In this document: positions 49,862 to 63,024 of the stretch, piece after piece
Layout of the letters: each line of letters begins with the position of its first letter
How positions within the stretch are numbered: position 1 is the stretch's first letter
The notes under the pieces: model-generated
Database searches by the model: none
The model's input: only the letters and a program-made list of their open reading frames with translations
Told to the model about the DNA's origin: nothing
From: Mobula hypostoma
Lineage: Eukaryota
NCBI RefSeq assembly: GCF_963921235.1
Contig: NC_086115.1
Span: forward strand, 39,432,001 to 39,496,000
DNA length: 64,000 nucleotides
Reading direction: 5' to 3'
Made by a program: the position numbers and the translations under genes

Positions 49862-52376
49862 CATCATAGCTTGTCACACCAGACAGCCAGCCACTCTAGT
49901 GTTGTTTGGTTGATGTTGAGCAGGTCAGTGTCAGCTAAATCAGGTGAGGGTGGGCAGTTGCGCAGAACATGTTCAATGTTCTGCACCCTTTCGCCACACT
50001 CACAGGATTCGTTGGTCTTTAAACCCCACTTTACCATATTGTCTCCCGTCCTACAAACTCCCGCTCGCACTCTGTTGAGAGTGCACCACTTCCTTCTGTC
50101 AAGCAGTGCCTCATCTGGTAACATTTCTGTGGGGTCTTGCACTGTATTGTTTGGTGGGGTTCTGGCTTCTGTTTGTTGCCAGAGGTCAATCCTGTATGTT
50201 TGGGGGGATGTTCCGTGCGGTAGTTCCTCCACAGTAGCAAAGCTTTTCCTCAATTTTAGGCGGTTGGAAACTGGCACGTGATGATGTAGTGGGTGCTGTG
50301 GATCCGAGTTCTGTTTACCTTTTTCAATTTTTGTTGTAGTGTGTCTTCGGATCTCTGGGGGAGCAATGCCTGCAAGTCTGTAAGTGATGTTAATGGGTGT
50401 GGGGCACAGTGTGCCCATGATTATTCGGCAGGCTTCGTTAAACAACGGGTCTATTTTCTTCGTATGGGCTGACCTGCCCCACACAGGTGCACAGTATTCT
50501 GCAGCTGCATAGCAGAGTGCTAGGGCAGTTGATCTAAGTGTGTGAGCATTAGCTCCCCATTTCGTGCCTGCTAATTTTTTCAAGAGAGAATTGCGAGAGC
50601 CAACTTTCCCTCGGAGTGTTTGGATGTGGGTGGCAAATGAGAGCCTCCTATCCAGTGTCACGCCCAGGTAAATTGGAGTCGGAAGGTGTTCGAGCTCCTT
50701 CCCACACCAGAAGATGTTGAGTTTCCGAGCTGCTTCTCAATTCCTCAGGTGGAATGCACACACTTGAGTTTTTGATGGATTTGGGTTCAGAGATCATTTT
50801 TCATAATACTGCTTCATTGCTTTGAGGACTGCTGTAAGTCGTACTTCAACTTCTTGGAAGGAGTTAGCTTGTGTTGCTATGCGTAGGTCGTCTGTATAGA
50901 TAAATCTGCATGTGTTAGGAAAGGCTGGTTGGTCGTTTGTGTAGACATTAAATAGTAGAGGTGCCAGGACTGATCCCTGTGGTAGTCTGTTCTTTTGTGG
51001 ACGCCACCTACTCTTAATTCCATTCATTTCTACATTAAATCTACGATTTTCTAGGAGGCTTCTTATTAGTTTGACTGTGGTTTCGTTCTTCAACATTTTA
51101 GATAATTTCATTAGAGGGTCCATGTGATTCACAGTGTCGTATGCTGCTGTTAAGTCAATGAATACTGCCCCTGTAATTTGTCGCATTTCAAAGCCATCCT
51201 CAATATACTGGGTTAAGTTCAGGACTTGACTGCAGCAAGAGCGGCCTGGCCTGAACACAGCTTGGTCTGGTGTTAGAAGGTCTTTGACTAAGGGGGATAT
51301 TCTTTTCAGTAAGAGTCTCTCTTAGAGTTTATAGAGGGTGCAGAGCAAGGAAATCAGTCTGTAGTTTTTAGGAATGTTGAGGTCTCTATTGGGTTTTAGG
51401 AGAGCAAAAACTTTGGCTCTTCTCCACTTTTTAGGCATCTTTAATGGTCTTAGGCATAAGTTAAAAAGGGACAGAAGCCAGTGGAGTGCTTTAGGTCTAA
51501 CATGTTTAAGGAATCCATTAAGAATCCCATCTATGCCAGCAACATTGTTGAATTTTAGCTGTGATACTTTATCCTTTAATTCTTCTAGAGTGAGATGTGG
51601 GAAGTTATTATTCCCGTTTGAGAGAGCTGACTCCATCTCCTGATGTTGCTATTTCTTTTGCCTCCATTCCTTGTTATTTGGTTGACCATTTAGTATCAGT
51701 TGGTGGGCAACCTGATTGGGTGTTACGGCAGCAATTCTCTGTGGTGGTCTATAGTCTGAGTTGAGTTTCCAAACAGTTGCCCATGCTTTCTTATTGTTCT
51801 TGGTCATTCTGTGTGTTCTATCAGTTCCTGCCAACGCTGTTGTCTCTCTTGGCTCAGTAGGGACAGAACTGACTCTTCCATTTCAATTGTGTCTTGACCA
51901 AATGGGTCTTGGTCGTATAAGTTGACATACTCATCATAACTTTGCTTGATATCACTAGTCAATCCCTGAATATATTTGGTTCTGCAGCCTCTAGGTATGT
52001 TCTGCTGTGCTACTTTCCAGATTAGTTGGACAAATTCATCATAATGATCAGGTTCTGGTGGTATGGTATTGATGAGGTGATCAAGGGATTCTGCGAAAGA
52101 TGTCCAATTCGCTTTTCTCAGGTTAAATCTTGGTAGGTACTTTGATGCTACAGGTCTCAGAACTGGAAGGGATTCTACCTGGGCTGGACGATGTTGGGAT
52201 TTGGGTATATGTTGGAGGACTGTTCGTGTGAAGAGGTTGGAGCTTGCTGAGGTAACAAAAGCAAGGTCTGGGTTGTGTCCTTTCCTCCATCTGGCACTTG
52301 TGAAGGTAGGGGTGTCCTTTGACTCATATAGTAGCTCAAGGTTGTTTAGAGCCCATGATACAACAAAGGGTAAAAG
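49862..52376 (-). mobile_element. Vingi/Ingi-like (I-group) LINE, 5'-truncated, few disablements
   Basis: PTFTSARWRKGHNPDLAFV, NYRLISLL, FIDLTAAYDTV, LPQGSVLAPLLFNVY, YTDD, SRNSLLKKLAGTKWGA, C-terminal CECGERVQNIEHVLRNC; (ATG)n tail at the stop; TSD gatt[g/a]taaccat at 49850-49861 and 52377-52388. Confidence 0.85.
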
Positions 52377-52389
52377 GATTATAACCATA

Positions 52390-53000
52390 CTCCTGTATTA
52401 CTGTCCACTTATGGTAATATTTCACTCTTCTACTTATAAATATTCAAATACTGCTTTCATTGTGCCCTGAGGGAGAAAATTTTGCTTCATCTCTGTCTTA
52501 AGAAGGTAACTTCTCATTCTTAAAAAGTGTCCCCAGATCATAGAATCCCCCACAAAGGGAAGCATCCTGTCAACATTCACCCAGTCAAGGCCTGTTAGTG
52601 TCTTGCATATTCCAATGATTACTTCTTAGTCATCTAAACTCCAATGGATGCAAAACAAATCCTGCCAACCTTTCCTCGTAAGGCAACCTGCTTAGTTCGG
52701 GAATTAGTTGAATGAACCTTCTTTGAGATGTTCCCAATGAATAACACTCTCTTTTTTAAATTAGGAGGCCAGTACTGCACACAGTACTCTAGTTGTGGTC
52801 TCACCAATGGCATTTATAACTGAAGCATAAACTCGCTGCTTTTATATTTGACTTCCTGGCAGTAAATTCTCACATTGTTAGATTTCCCAATTACTTCCTA
52901 TGCCAGCATATTAGCATTTTGTGAGTCCTGCACTGATGCATGCAGATTCCTCCACACCTCAGAGCTCTGCAATCTCTTACCTTTGGAAAATACGTCCCCC
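52390..53000 (-). mobile_element. Old CR1 fragment (host of the Vingi insertion; also about 49770-49860)
   Basis: Reverse-complement similarity to the CR1 copies at 19120-20200 and 28385-28795. Confidence 0.75.
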
Positions 53001-53444
53001 TTTTATTTTTCCACTTTTTATCTTTCTGTTTCCTTCATGTGCAGATCTATATCAAGGCTGTCAGTGTCAAACTGCAAGGAGCTGTTGTAATAAATGGCAC
53101 AAGAAACAACAGTTACCGAGTCTGAAATCAATCAGGCAGTGAAATCAGGATTGCTTCTGTGGAGTGAGCAATGGTTCTTACCCCCTTAGCTCATAATGCC
53201 ATATTTACCAACAGAGCAGTGCTACAACTTCACTGCATCCATTAAAACTGTGATTGGGAGGTTAATTAATAGAGTGAAGACAATGATTCATTGGCTGGAT
53301 TACCCTGTTTTGTGATTGTTGTTACTTATGAAAACTGGTCCTTCAGGAGGTTGATGACCCCAGGTTACCTCACTGATGATGTGTCCCAGTGCGTCCTAGA
53401 GTGTATCTTAGCATTAATTCTGAATTTCCTGTAACGCTTCCCTT

Positions 53445-55870
53445 TCTGATCTCAGCTCTAATCCTTGCCGTGTCTTCACCATGCCCTCCGAACTTCCGCT
53501 CTCTAAGGTGGAATGTTCTGTCCTCAGGAAGGGCCTTATCTTTGTTCCCCTTCACCTGCACTTCAATGAGTTCCATGTCTGCCATGACTCCGAGCTCTTC
53601 TCCTGTCACTTCCATCTCCGAGCCCTCTTCTTTGGAAAGAATTCCACACCCCACATCGATGACCCTTCCTCCCATCTCTAACTCTCCTTCTCTTCTTGGA
53701 CACCCCGCCCTGATTCTCCGCCTGCTCTGGATCTTTTCATCTCGAATTGCCAATGAGACATCAACACTTCTCTCTCCTCCTTGAACCTTACCCCTTCTGA
53801 ATGCACTGCCCTCTACTCTCTGTGCACAAATCCCAACCTTGCCAATAAGCCCACAGACAGAGGGAGTATAATTGTAGTGTGGTGGACTGACCTCTACCTT
53901 GCTGAGGCCAGATGGCTTCTCTCCCTTGAAGAGGTCCACACTCCAACCATCAAAAAAACTGTCTCTGCCACCATCACTAACCTGATCAACTCTGGAGAAT
54001 TCCCATCCACTGCCACCAAAGTCTTTGTTCCCTTACCCTGTGCTACTCACTTCTACCTTCTACCCACAAGATCCACAAACATGACTGTCTGGGTAGGCCT
54101 ATTGCCTTTGCCTGCTGCTGCCCAACTGAACTCATGTCCTCATACCTTAACTCCATTCTATCCCCCTTGGCTCAATGCCTTTCCACCTACATCCATGACT
54201 CTTCTCATGCTCTTGATCCCCTCAGTAACTTTCAATTGCCTGGCTCTGACCACCTCATTTTTCACCAGGATGTCCAGTCCTATCCTTCATCAAGAAGGCC
54301 TTAATGATAACTGCTGCTTTCTCAATAAAAGAACCAGCTAGTTCCCCACCACCACCACCCTCCTCCATCTGGCAGAACTGGTCCTCACCGTCAACAATTT
54401 TTCCTTTGGCTCTTCCCACTTTCTCCAGACTCGAGTTGTAGCCATGAGCACCTGCATTGGTCCCTGCTATGCCCACCTTTTTGTTGGCTATGTAGAACAG
54501 TCCTTGTACCAAGCTGTCCCCAGTAATGCTCCCTAACTCTTCCTCCACTACATTGACACTGCATTGGTGCTGCTTCCTGCACCAGTGCATAGCCTGTCAA
54601 TTTCGTCAACTTTGCCTCCAACTTGTCTCCATCCTTGGAGATAAACTGTTGACCAAGATCTTTTATAAACCTACCAGTTCCCAGGGTTATCTTGACTATA
54701 CTTCTTCCCACTCTGCCTCTTATAAATATGCTATTCACTTTTTTCAATTCCTTCGTCTCCACCACATCTGTTCCCAGGATGCAGATTTCATTTCCAAGAT
54801 ATCAGAGATGTCCTCCTTCTTCAAAGAACAGGGTTTCCTTTCCTTCACCATTGATGCTGCCCTTACCTGTATCTCCTCCATTTCCTGAATATCCGCGCTC
54901 ACTCCATCTTCCCGCTGCCTTAACAATGATAGAGTTCCTCTTCTCCTATCTACCACCGCATGAGCTTCTGCATCCAACACATCATCCTCCACAACTTCCT
55001 CCATCTGCAAAGTACCTCCCCCCCACACCTTCCACAAGGATGCCCTTGTCCATTTACCTTTCCCCATTAATCTCCCTCCTAGCACCTATCCCTGAAAGCA
55101 GCCAAAGTGCTACACCTCCTCCCTCACCACCATCATTCAGGGCCTCAAACAGTCCTTCAAAGTGAGGCAACACTTCACCTGCAAATCTGCTGGTGTAATC
55201 TATTGTGTCCAGTGCTCCCGGTGTGACCTCCTCTACATTGGTGAGACCCATCCTATATTGGAGGACCACTTCATTAAGCACCTCTGTTCCATTCACCAGA
55301 AGCAGAACTTGCTGGCGGCCAAACATTTTAATTCTGATACCCATTCCCGTTCCAAGAAATCAGCCCATGGCCTCCTCTTGCGCTAAGATGACCTCAGGGT
55401 GTAGGAGCGACAACGTATATTCTATCTGGGCAGCCTCCAAACTGATGACATGAATATCAATTCGTCCTTCTGGTAAAAAAAAATTCCCTTCCCCCTCCCT
55501 CCTTCTTCTATTCCCCACTCTGGTCTCTTACTTCTTCTCATCTGTCTATCCCCATCTGTGCCTGGGTCCCATCTTCTTCCCCTTTCTCCTGTATTCCACT
55601 CTCCTCTCCATCAGACTCCTTCCTCTCCAGCCCTTTATCTTTCCTACCCACCTAGCTTTACCTTTCACATTTTAGCTAATCCTCCTTTCCCTCCCCTCAA
55701 CTTTTTACGCTGGCATTTTCCCCCTTCCTTTCCAGTCCCGACGAAAGGTCTCAGCCCGAAATGTCGACTGTTTATACACTTCTATAGATGCTGCCTGACC
55801 TGCCGAGTACCTCCAGCATTTTGTATGTCTTGCTTTGGATTTCCAGCGTCCGCAGACTTCCTCATGTTTA
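53445..55870 (+). mobile_element. Long decayed Penelope/Poseidon element: RT, GIY-YIG, 3' terminus
   Basis: VLRKGLIFVPL, LAELVLTVNNFSFGSSHFLQ, LHYID, minus-free plus-strand CGLLYIGET-type motif (CDLLYIGET near 55215-55250); hammerhead-like cagtc-CCGACGA...GAAA-tg-TC-gactg at 55733-55770. Confidence 0.92.
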
Positions 55871-57079
55871 TGGTCTCTTTTAACTATGTCTTTACTAGCT
55901 TAACCAAGAGCATCAGACCACAGGGGTCTCTTAGGCTGCACCTCCAGGATTGCAGTATTTAGTTTTTATCTGCAGGAGAGACTGAAGTTTAATGAGATGT
56001 TGTGTAAGAGAAAAGGAATAGACAGATTTTCCAGTAAAAGTTCCCATGGTCTTCATTGATTCACTGCAATGAGGAAAAGTTTCAGAATGAAAGTGATTGG
56101 CTTAACCGAGATTCTTGCCATATGCTACACCCCAGAGAATGACATCAGAATCTACAGGCAAGTAGTGTTAATCATAAATTGTATTTTTTTTCTTTGCAAG
56201 ATGCATAGCTGTCTCCTTTTCCATAGTTTAATCAGCTCTCATGAGTGCTGCAGTTTCCTTTACATGTAAGATTACTGTATCTAAACTTGCCTTGAGATTT
56301 CGTGAAGCTAGGAGTGCTGTCTCTGGTATGCTGGCAACAAACACTGCCCGATAATTGCTTTTAGTATGGAATTTCATGCCTTCACAGGATCCTACTTTAG
56401 CCATTAAACATAATATAGAATTGAATATAAAATAGTTTATTTTACAAAGATGAACAAGCACAAGAAAAAGGGCTGTTTAATAAATTAAATACAATTAGAT
56501 ATTTACAGTAGACAATCTTTTAAGTAACTCTCTAATAAAAGAACTAACTTCTACAAATTAAATAAATCTTTGCAGATAACTTGTAATTAGAAGCAACATT
56601 CACCTTCCAAATGTTAGAGATTTAAACCAACGGGGTGCTTCTTTGTGACATTGCTTGCTTTGATTCAAACTAAGTGGACTCACTTCGATCTTTAATATCC
56701 TGAAAAAGAGATGAACAAGGAGTGATAGCTTTTTGGAAAAGCAGGCAAAAATTTGGAAAAAGAATCAAAAATACATTGAATATAAATATTGTTATTTTTG
56801 CCTCTGTTGAAGGAAGCATAGAGAGTGGCTCGATTGTAAATTACCTTTATAATAGAGACCATAAACAGAGAGACATAGAGCAGGAAATCATAGTGCATGC
56901 AAAGTTGAAGCTTGTTATTATTGGGGTTATCTTGCAATTATAGATAACTTTTGTAAGAGCCTGCAGAATTATAAAAAATCATTTAAATTAATTGATTTTG
57001 TTTACATTATCTGTGGATGAGGGTTAATGTTTGCTTTGTACTTGTAGCTCAAAATATTGTTGATGTTGCTTTTTGTTCA

Positions 57080-57975
57080 ATGATTCAATGCTTCCATTTA
57101 ATATCAGAGAATATATACAATTTGCAACCTGAAATTCTTACTTGCCGCACACATCCTTGAAGCAGAAGAAAAACCTCAAAGAATGAATACTAGAAAAAAA
57201 CAAAATAACCCCAAAGCCCCCTGCCCCCTCTCACAGACAAACAGCAGTAAACAGCATCAACTTTCCCCCTCCCCTTCTCCCATTTATTCTAGCAGAAAAC
57301 ATCAGCATTCTCACCACCTACCAGGCAAGCAAAAGCAAGTCCTCAAAGAGAGACCATGGTACATCAAAGCCTAACTGTTTATTCCAACAACTTGACATCC
57401 CTCAGGATCTCTCTTGCACTAACCAGGAGAGACAGATATCACTCCTTCCATAGCGAGAGGGGAGACAGACAGTTGCTGTTTTGATGTTACAGTCACAGTC
57501 TGAAGCGTCACTTTTTACTTCAAGTTCTCCGACTTGAGAATTGGCTGCAAGCTCTCACTCACCATTGAGAGAGAGAGAGAGTGGGGGTGTGGGGGAGAGC
57601 AATAGCGATCATCCGAGAGCAGAGGCCTCCAACAGCTGCTCTCGCTGTCCTGATGTACCGGCTGCCCGCAACGCTACAATTCAGGATACCGGGGAGAACT
57701 TGTGTCCATAGGCCCGCACAAGGCTGCACCTCAAAGGCACTTGACTTTGGAACACATCTGGAGATTTCAAAATGAGGCCAATTGGCGAGCTCCAAGAATG
57801 GGAACACACCACCTTTCAGAACTGCGGCTTGAGAGCTGCGGTAGATCACAGACTCCGACAGGGCCCCAGCCACCTTGAAAAGAAAAATAAAGACATTTGA
57901 AGAGAAAGAATTTAACTGTTTCGCTGATGGGCTGGGAGAAGACACCCGTTGGCACTATCTTTACTTCTGCCCCAC
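57080..57975 (-). mobile_element. Probable non-autonomous non-coding retroelement with (TTGAATCA)-type tail
   Basis: tgattcaatgattcaa tail on the plus strand, like the Rex-type tails; GC-rich 5' part; no credible ORF. Confidence 0.55.
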
Positions 57976-58029
57976 CCCCCCCAGTTGTAAGATTTATCAC
58001 GGAATATTCCTGTGGTCTGTCTTATTTTC

Positions 58030-58560
58030 TTGTAGGAGGTCCCTCTGGATCAAGGATGACTGACTTCAACTCTGATTTTCTGGGGTCAGAGGTGGCTAAT
58101 GAGGCCAATGTGGGGAATACAGACTGTTTCACAGATGGGGTATGATGTTGATGATAATGATGATGACGTTGACTCAGACATGAGAGGCCAGCGTCGGGCA
58201 TTTTCATGCCTTACAAGGCGCAGTTCGAAAGGCTGTGTGGGGCGCCACTCCTCGCACAGAGATTTCACAGTATTATTTTACGAGGCCGAGTTGTGAGCTC
58301 GACATCAACCCGGTGCGGATGGAGAGCGCGCACGGGGGCGGTCTGTCACTGGATCGAACTCAGGAACCTCCGTTCTCGAGCCTGGCGCTGATCTCACTGT
58401 GCCACCAGCCGACAGATGGGGTAGCCAGTGTTTAATGGGGTGAGTTGCCGAGGCAGTTTGTGAGATGGAGCACTCCCTCCACTGCTATGGAGCTGCTTCT
58501 GGTGTGCTCCCAATGCCCGACCTCAAGGTCTTCAGCATCATCCCACTTTGAGTAGTCATT
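58030..58560 (-). mobile_element. RTE (BovB-like) LINE 3' end
   Basis: PICETVCIPHIGLISHL, a degenerate RTE C-terminal zinc finger (CxxC...IGLISH). Confidence 0.7.
58143..58411 (-). mobile_element. tRNA-derived RTE-type SINE with perfect 12-bp TSD
   Basis: TSD acagatggggta at 58131-58142 and 58412-58423; A box tggcacagtgag, B box gagttcgatcc; (CAT)n tail; many intact CpGs. Confidence 0.92.
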
Positions 58561-58614
58561 GGCAGAGAGGAGCAGTGGAAATTATGCATTTCATCAAGGA
58601 GGCTGTGTGCACAT

Positions 58615-59460
58615 TATAGAATGTAGAACAATACAGTACAGGAAGAGACCCTGGTCTGTGCCAATCATGATGCTAATTTAAACTAATGCCATTTACATGG
58701 CCCATGGCCCATATTCTTTTATCCCCTGCCCATTCATGTGATTCTCTATATGCCTCTTAAATGTTGTTTTCATATGTGCTTCCATTGCCTCCTCCGGCAT
58801 CATGTTCCAGGTGCCTACCCTTCTTTTTATTTAAAACATCTTGCCCACACTTCTCTTTTAAACTTTCCCCCTCTCCCCTTATGTCTGTGCCTCTTAATAT
58901 TTGACATTACCACCTGGGGAAAAGAGCCTGACTACAGATTTTGTCTACTCCCCCTCATAATTTTATATACTTCTGTCAGGTTGTCCCTCAGTTTTTGACA
59001 CTCCAGAGAAAGCAAGCAATCCAAGATTGCCCAATCTCTCCTTGTAGCTAATACTCTCTAATCCAGGCAACATTATGGCTAATCTTTCTCCTAATGAGTC
59101 AAGTAGAACTGCACACAATACTCTAAATGTGGACTAATCAAAGTTTATTAAAGTTGCAACATGACTTGTCAATGCTGTGAGTCAGGTAAGTCCACTGAGA
59201 TGCCAGCAGGTATGCCTTCTTTCCCAGCCTTTCACTTGTGCTGTCAGTTGGATGGACTTGCACAACTTGATCCCTCTGTGCACCATTACTCTCAGTAATG
59301 GTATATGCTCAGTAAACCATTACTCTTCAGGGTCCTGCCATTTACTGTATACTTTCCCCTTACGTTTGACTCCCAAAATGCAAATTCTCACTCTTGTCTG
59401 GATTAACTCAATCTGCCATTTCTCTGCCCATGTTTCCAGCTGATCCATATCTTGTTGTAT
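58615..59460 (-). mobile_element. Old CR1 3' portion
   Basis: Reverse-complement similarity to the CR1 RT C-terminus and 3'UTR. Confidence 0.7.
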
Positions 59461-59654
59461 CCTTTATCACATCTTTGAATCTTTTCCTCTGTTTGCCAAA
59501 TAACTACTTTCCATGGCTCTGTCTTATAAGATAATTGGTGACTGACAAGCATGTAAGACTGTCTGATGCTGTATGCTTTGTATTGTCTGAGTAGTAATTT
59601 TGCTAATTAATTGGCCGTAATAATGCAGTTTTTCAGTTTTGTGTTGGTACATAT

Positions 59655-60030
59655 TGTTCATTCATTATATGCCATGTCGTATGATATGGGCGATCATGGT
59701 CTTTGTATGACCACGATTGCTCTGGGCAGATTTTTCTACACAAGTGATTTGCTATTGACTTCTTCTGGGCTGTGTCTTTACAAGGTGGGTGACCCCAGCC
59801 ATGATCGATACTCTTTAGGGATTGTCTTCATGGCGTCAATGGCTGCATAACTTGTGATATGCACCAGCTGCTTCTACGAACATCCACCCCCGGCTCGCAT
59901 GGCTTATTGTGACCCTTATCAGGGGGCTAAGCAGGTGTTACACCTGGCCCAAGGGTGACCTGCCAGCTAGCAGAGGGAAGGAGTGCCTTACTTACACCTC
60001 CTTTGGTAGAGATGTATCCCCACCCCACCA
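59655..60030. mobile_element. Probable short non-autonomous retroelement
   Basis: GC-richer block bounded by AT-rich flanks, ending ccccaccccaccacc; family not established. Confidence 0.4.
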
Positions 60031-61161
60031 CCTGGAAACCTATTGATTATACAGCAAATTCTCAATATTACTAAATAATATTCTCTGTTCTTTGCATACA
60101 GCTGGTTATTATTTATATTTTTAATCTAAGAAGTTTAATATAAGAAATACTATTTATGGTAAAAGAAAAAGTCTTTTAGCTCAACAAATTTGTCTTTCAA
60201 GTAAATACATTAGTTTGCTGTTTCACTAACTCTGCCCATTTTTTTTGTCCACTAAGAAATTAAATGAAATATAATAAACCCATAAGAAAACAAATCTCGG
60301 TAAAATTTCAAGTGCTGTCTTTACTCAAATGAATGGGTAGGAATACCAATTATTTCCAATGAAACTGTCTTTGAAATAGCCACAGTGACCTTAACATGTT
60401 AGGATCTTTCCGTATTTTCTGTGGTAGATCAACACTAGATATTTTCATCATTGGGTCAGAACTGTTATTACCAATGGTGGTTCCATCCTATGCTTTCCTT
60501 CAGACCACAGCACTGTTATGTCCCAAGGTACCTGTATGTGTATCCAGAACAGTTCAAGAGGTGAGTGGGAAACATTCGTGAAGTCTCCACGCAGAGGATG
60601 GTCTGTGTAGCTTTCCATGGAAAAAGTACCCTCTCAATGCAGCTGCACCATAAATATCTGGGGAGAAATGTTAGACAGCATTTGTTCAGGGCTCCAAGGA
60701 GAGCATTACTTGCAGAACCTAGCTGGATATCCAGTATTTACATCTCAGAGAGGTGATTGTTGCAGAGACCATTGCCAAGTCGTGGAGTTCTCCCACTGCC
60801 TTACCTATTATTACTGGTACTCTAAACTCAAATAGTCAGATTGGCTGGTTATTTTTAAATACGGACAGAAGCCACGGGTGATCTGAAAACTCATTTTGCA
60901 TGCCAGGGAATTCTAAATGAGGTTATTTCAGACAATTGTTGACTATTTAACTGGAGGGAATTGCAGTGGCTTGCCTGACAACATAAGTTATGTTCCTGCC
61001 TTCCAGTGTATTTACAACGAAACAGCAAAGCAGAGAATGCAGCAATTGCAAAGTGAGTCCAGGAAAGTGCATGTATATAGCACAGTACCTCAGTCTTCCC
61101 GGCTACAACTACAACCTAAAGCAAATTGTAATTCCATTGTTTTCCATTCTATGTTAATGTA

Positions 61162-61678
61162 CAATTCTGTGCAAAAGTCTCAGGTACATATATAAAGCTA
61201 GAGTAAGACTTTTGCACAGTACTGCAGTAATTTTATGCATTGAACTGTAATGCTGCCACAAAAAATATCTAATTTCATAACATACGTGAGTGATGATAAA
61301 CCTGTTTCTGATATGGGTTTCTGTTGTGGGCTGAGAATGGGAAGGGGGCAGGGAGAGGGGAATTGTGATTGGGAAGGGGGAAGGGAGAGGGGAGGGAATA
61401 GGAAGCACCAGAGAGATATTCTGTAATGTTCAACAATCCAATTGTTTGGAATCAAATGACCTTGCCTGGTGTCTCAGAGCTGGATATATCCGCCCCCCCC
61501 CCCCCCGCACCACCTCCTGCCCCTGGCACCGCTTCTCTGCCACTGTCCCACACCCGTCCCACAGCGCTCCATCCTTGCCATTCCTAACATCCCCGCCAGA
61601 TTTACAAACCTTCTCTCCGCTCAATGTTGACAAAAACAGAATTGTGTAAGAGTCTTAGGCACACTGGCTATATATAAG
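61162..61678 (+). mobile_element. Non-autonomous element with Tc1-like termini (copy A)
   Basis: ta|caattctgtgcaaaagtctcagg...aagacttttgcacagtactg hairpin at the left; cagaattgtgtaagagtcttaggcac at the right; interior matches 27606-28010 in reverse. Confidence 0.75.
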
Positions 61679-62834
61679 TTTGCAATGCTACTGGTCTTAA
61701 AACTACTTGGCCCATGGGAATAAACTTGCAATGGGCTGCAATGGGAGGCCACAGAGGTCCCCAGGATGTCAAAGGTGACAGGTTTTCAATGGGATTGGTG
61801 GAGGGGTGGGATGGGGTAGCACAGAGTGTTTGTCAAAATTTATCAAGAATTTAAGGACTACATTGGGGATACACTTAGAGATATTGTAACAAATGATTTC
61901 AATACATTTAAGGGCAACCAGGTAAACATGAGGGAGAATTGAAGGTTATGTTGATGGGGTTAGATAAAGAAGAAAGAAAGTTTGATGAACCATAAACATA
62001 AGCATAAATCTATTGGAACAAAAGCTGTGTTTCTGTTTTGTGAACATTCTGTATTACTTGATAACTGTGTAATTCAATGAAAGCAGTTCTAAGCTTATCA
62101 ACTAGAAAAAATAAGACTCCAAATAGTGATAAATTGGTGCACCCAGTGGCCATTCATTCACTGGTCCAAATAAATTTGTTTAATTTCAAAATTTTGGAAA
62201 ATAGAGAAAGAGTTGGATCAACATTATTGATTTTGTTTCTCTCTTGACAATGCTTTCTTAATCATTGTCAAGTAGTCAGAGGCATTGAATTGCACAGCAC
62301 TCTGTTATTTAATCATTGCCGTTTTGTGACATAGCTTACAGATAAGCAGACAGCACAGCTTGTTAATCTTTAGTATATTGCTGATATTGCTGATGCTTTT
62401 AAGGGATATCAGATTTATGACAAGTAATATTACTCCTCCCACGTCAGTAGCAAGTCTAGACTGTATTCAGTTTGGATGAAAGACTGAATCTTCCCATTTT
62501 TTAAAGCATTTGGTTGTGGTTCATAATTTTTCACTGTTTCACTGATAAATTACCATCTCACATGAAATGATTTAACACAATTTTACAATTTCTTGTTGTT
62601 TATTCTTCTGGGCTGTGAAGTTAATGTTACTCCATTTATTATATATGCAATACATGGCTTCAGGCTACAGCGTTGCGGTATTTAACTTCTCTTTTTATGT
62701 ACCTACAGTCTTAAAACAAAATATCTGAATTGTTAAATCTCAAGCACAGCCAAGGTTTTGATTATTTGGTTTGCATTAGGGTGGGATCAATGAATTCTTC
62801 TTCCTCTCCCGGGGTTCTGCAACCATAATCATGT

Positions 62835-62975
62835 GTCGAACAACACACACACACAAGGCTGGAGGATCTCAGCAGGTCAGGCAGCATCTGTGGAGAGGAA
62901 TAAACAGTTGTTGGTTTGGGCTGAGCCCCTTCATCAGGACTGGATATCCAGTATCTGCAGAATCTCTTGTGTTCA
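62835..62975 (-). mobile_element. PLE terminal insertion with mutated hammerhead motif
   Basis: Minus strand cagtc-CTGATGA-aggggctcagccc-AAAC; aatcatg on both sides (probable TSD). Confidence 0.8.
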
Positions 62976-63024
62976 TAAATCATGCTGTTTATTTATTGAA
63001 AAGGAACAGCCACAGCACCCAGCA

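Noticed and set aside
53370-55344. Several 110-190-aa minus-strand ORFs
   Set aside because: They are antisense shadows of the decayed plus-strand Penelope ORF.
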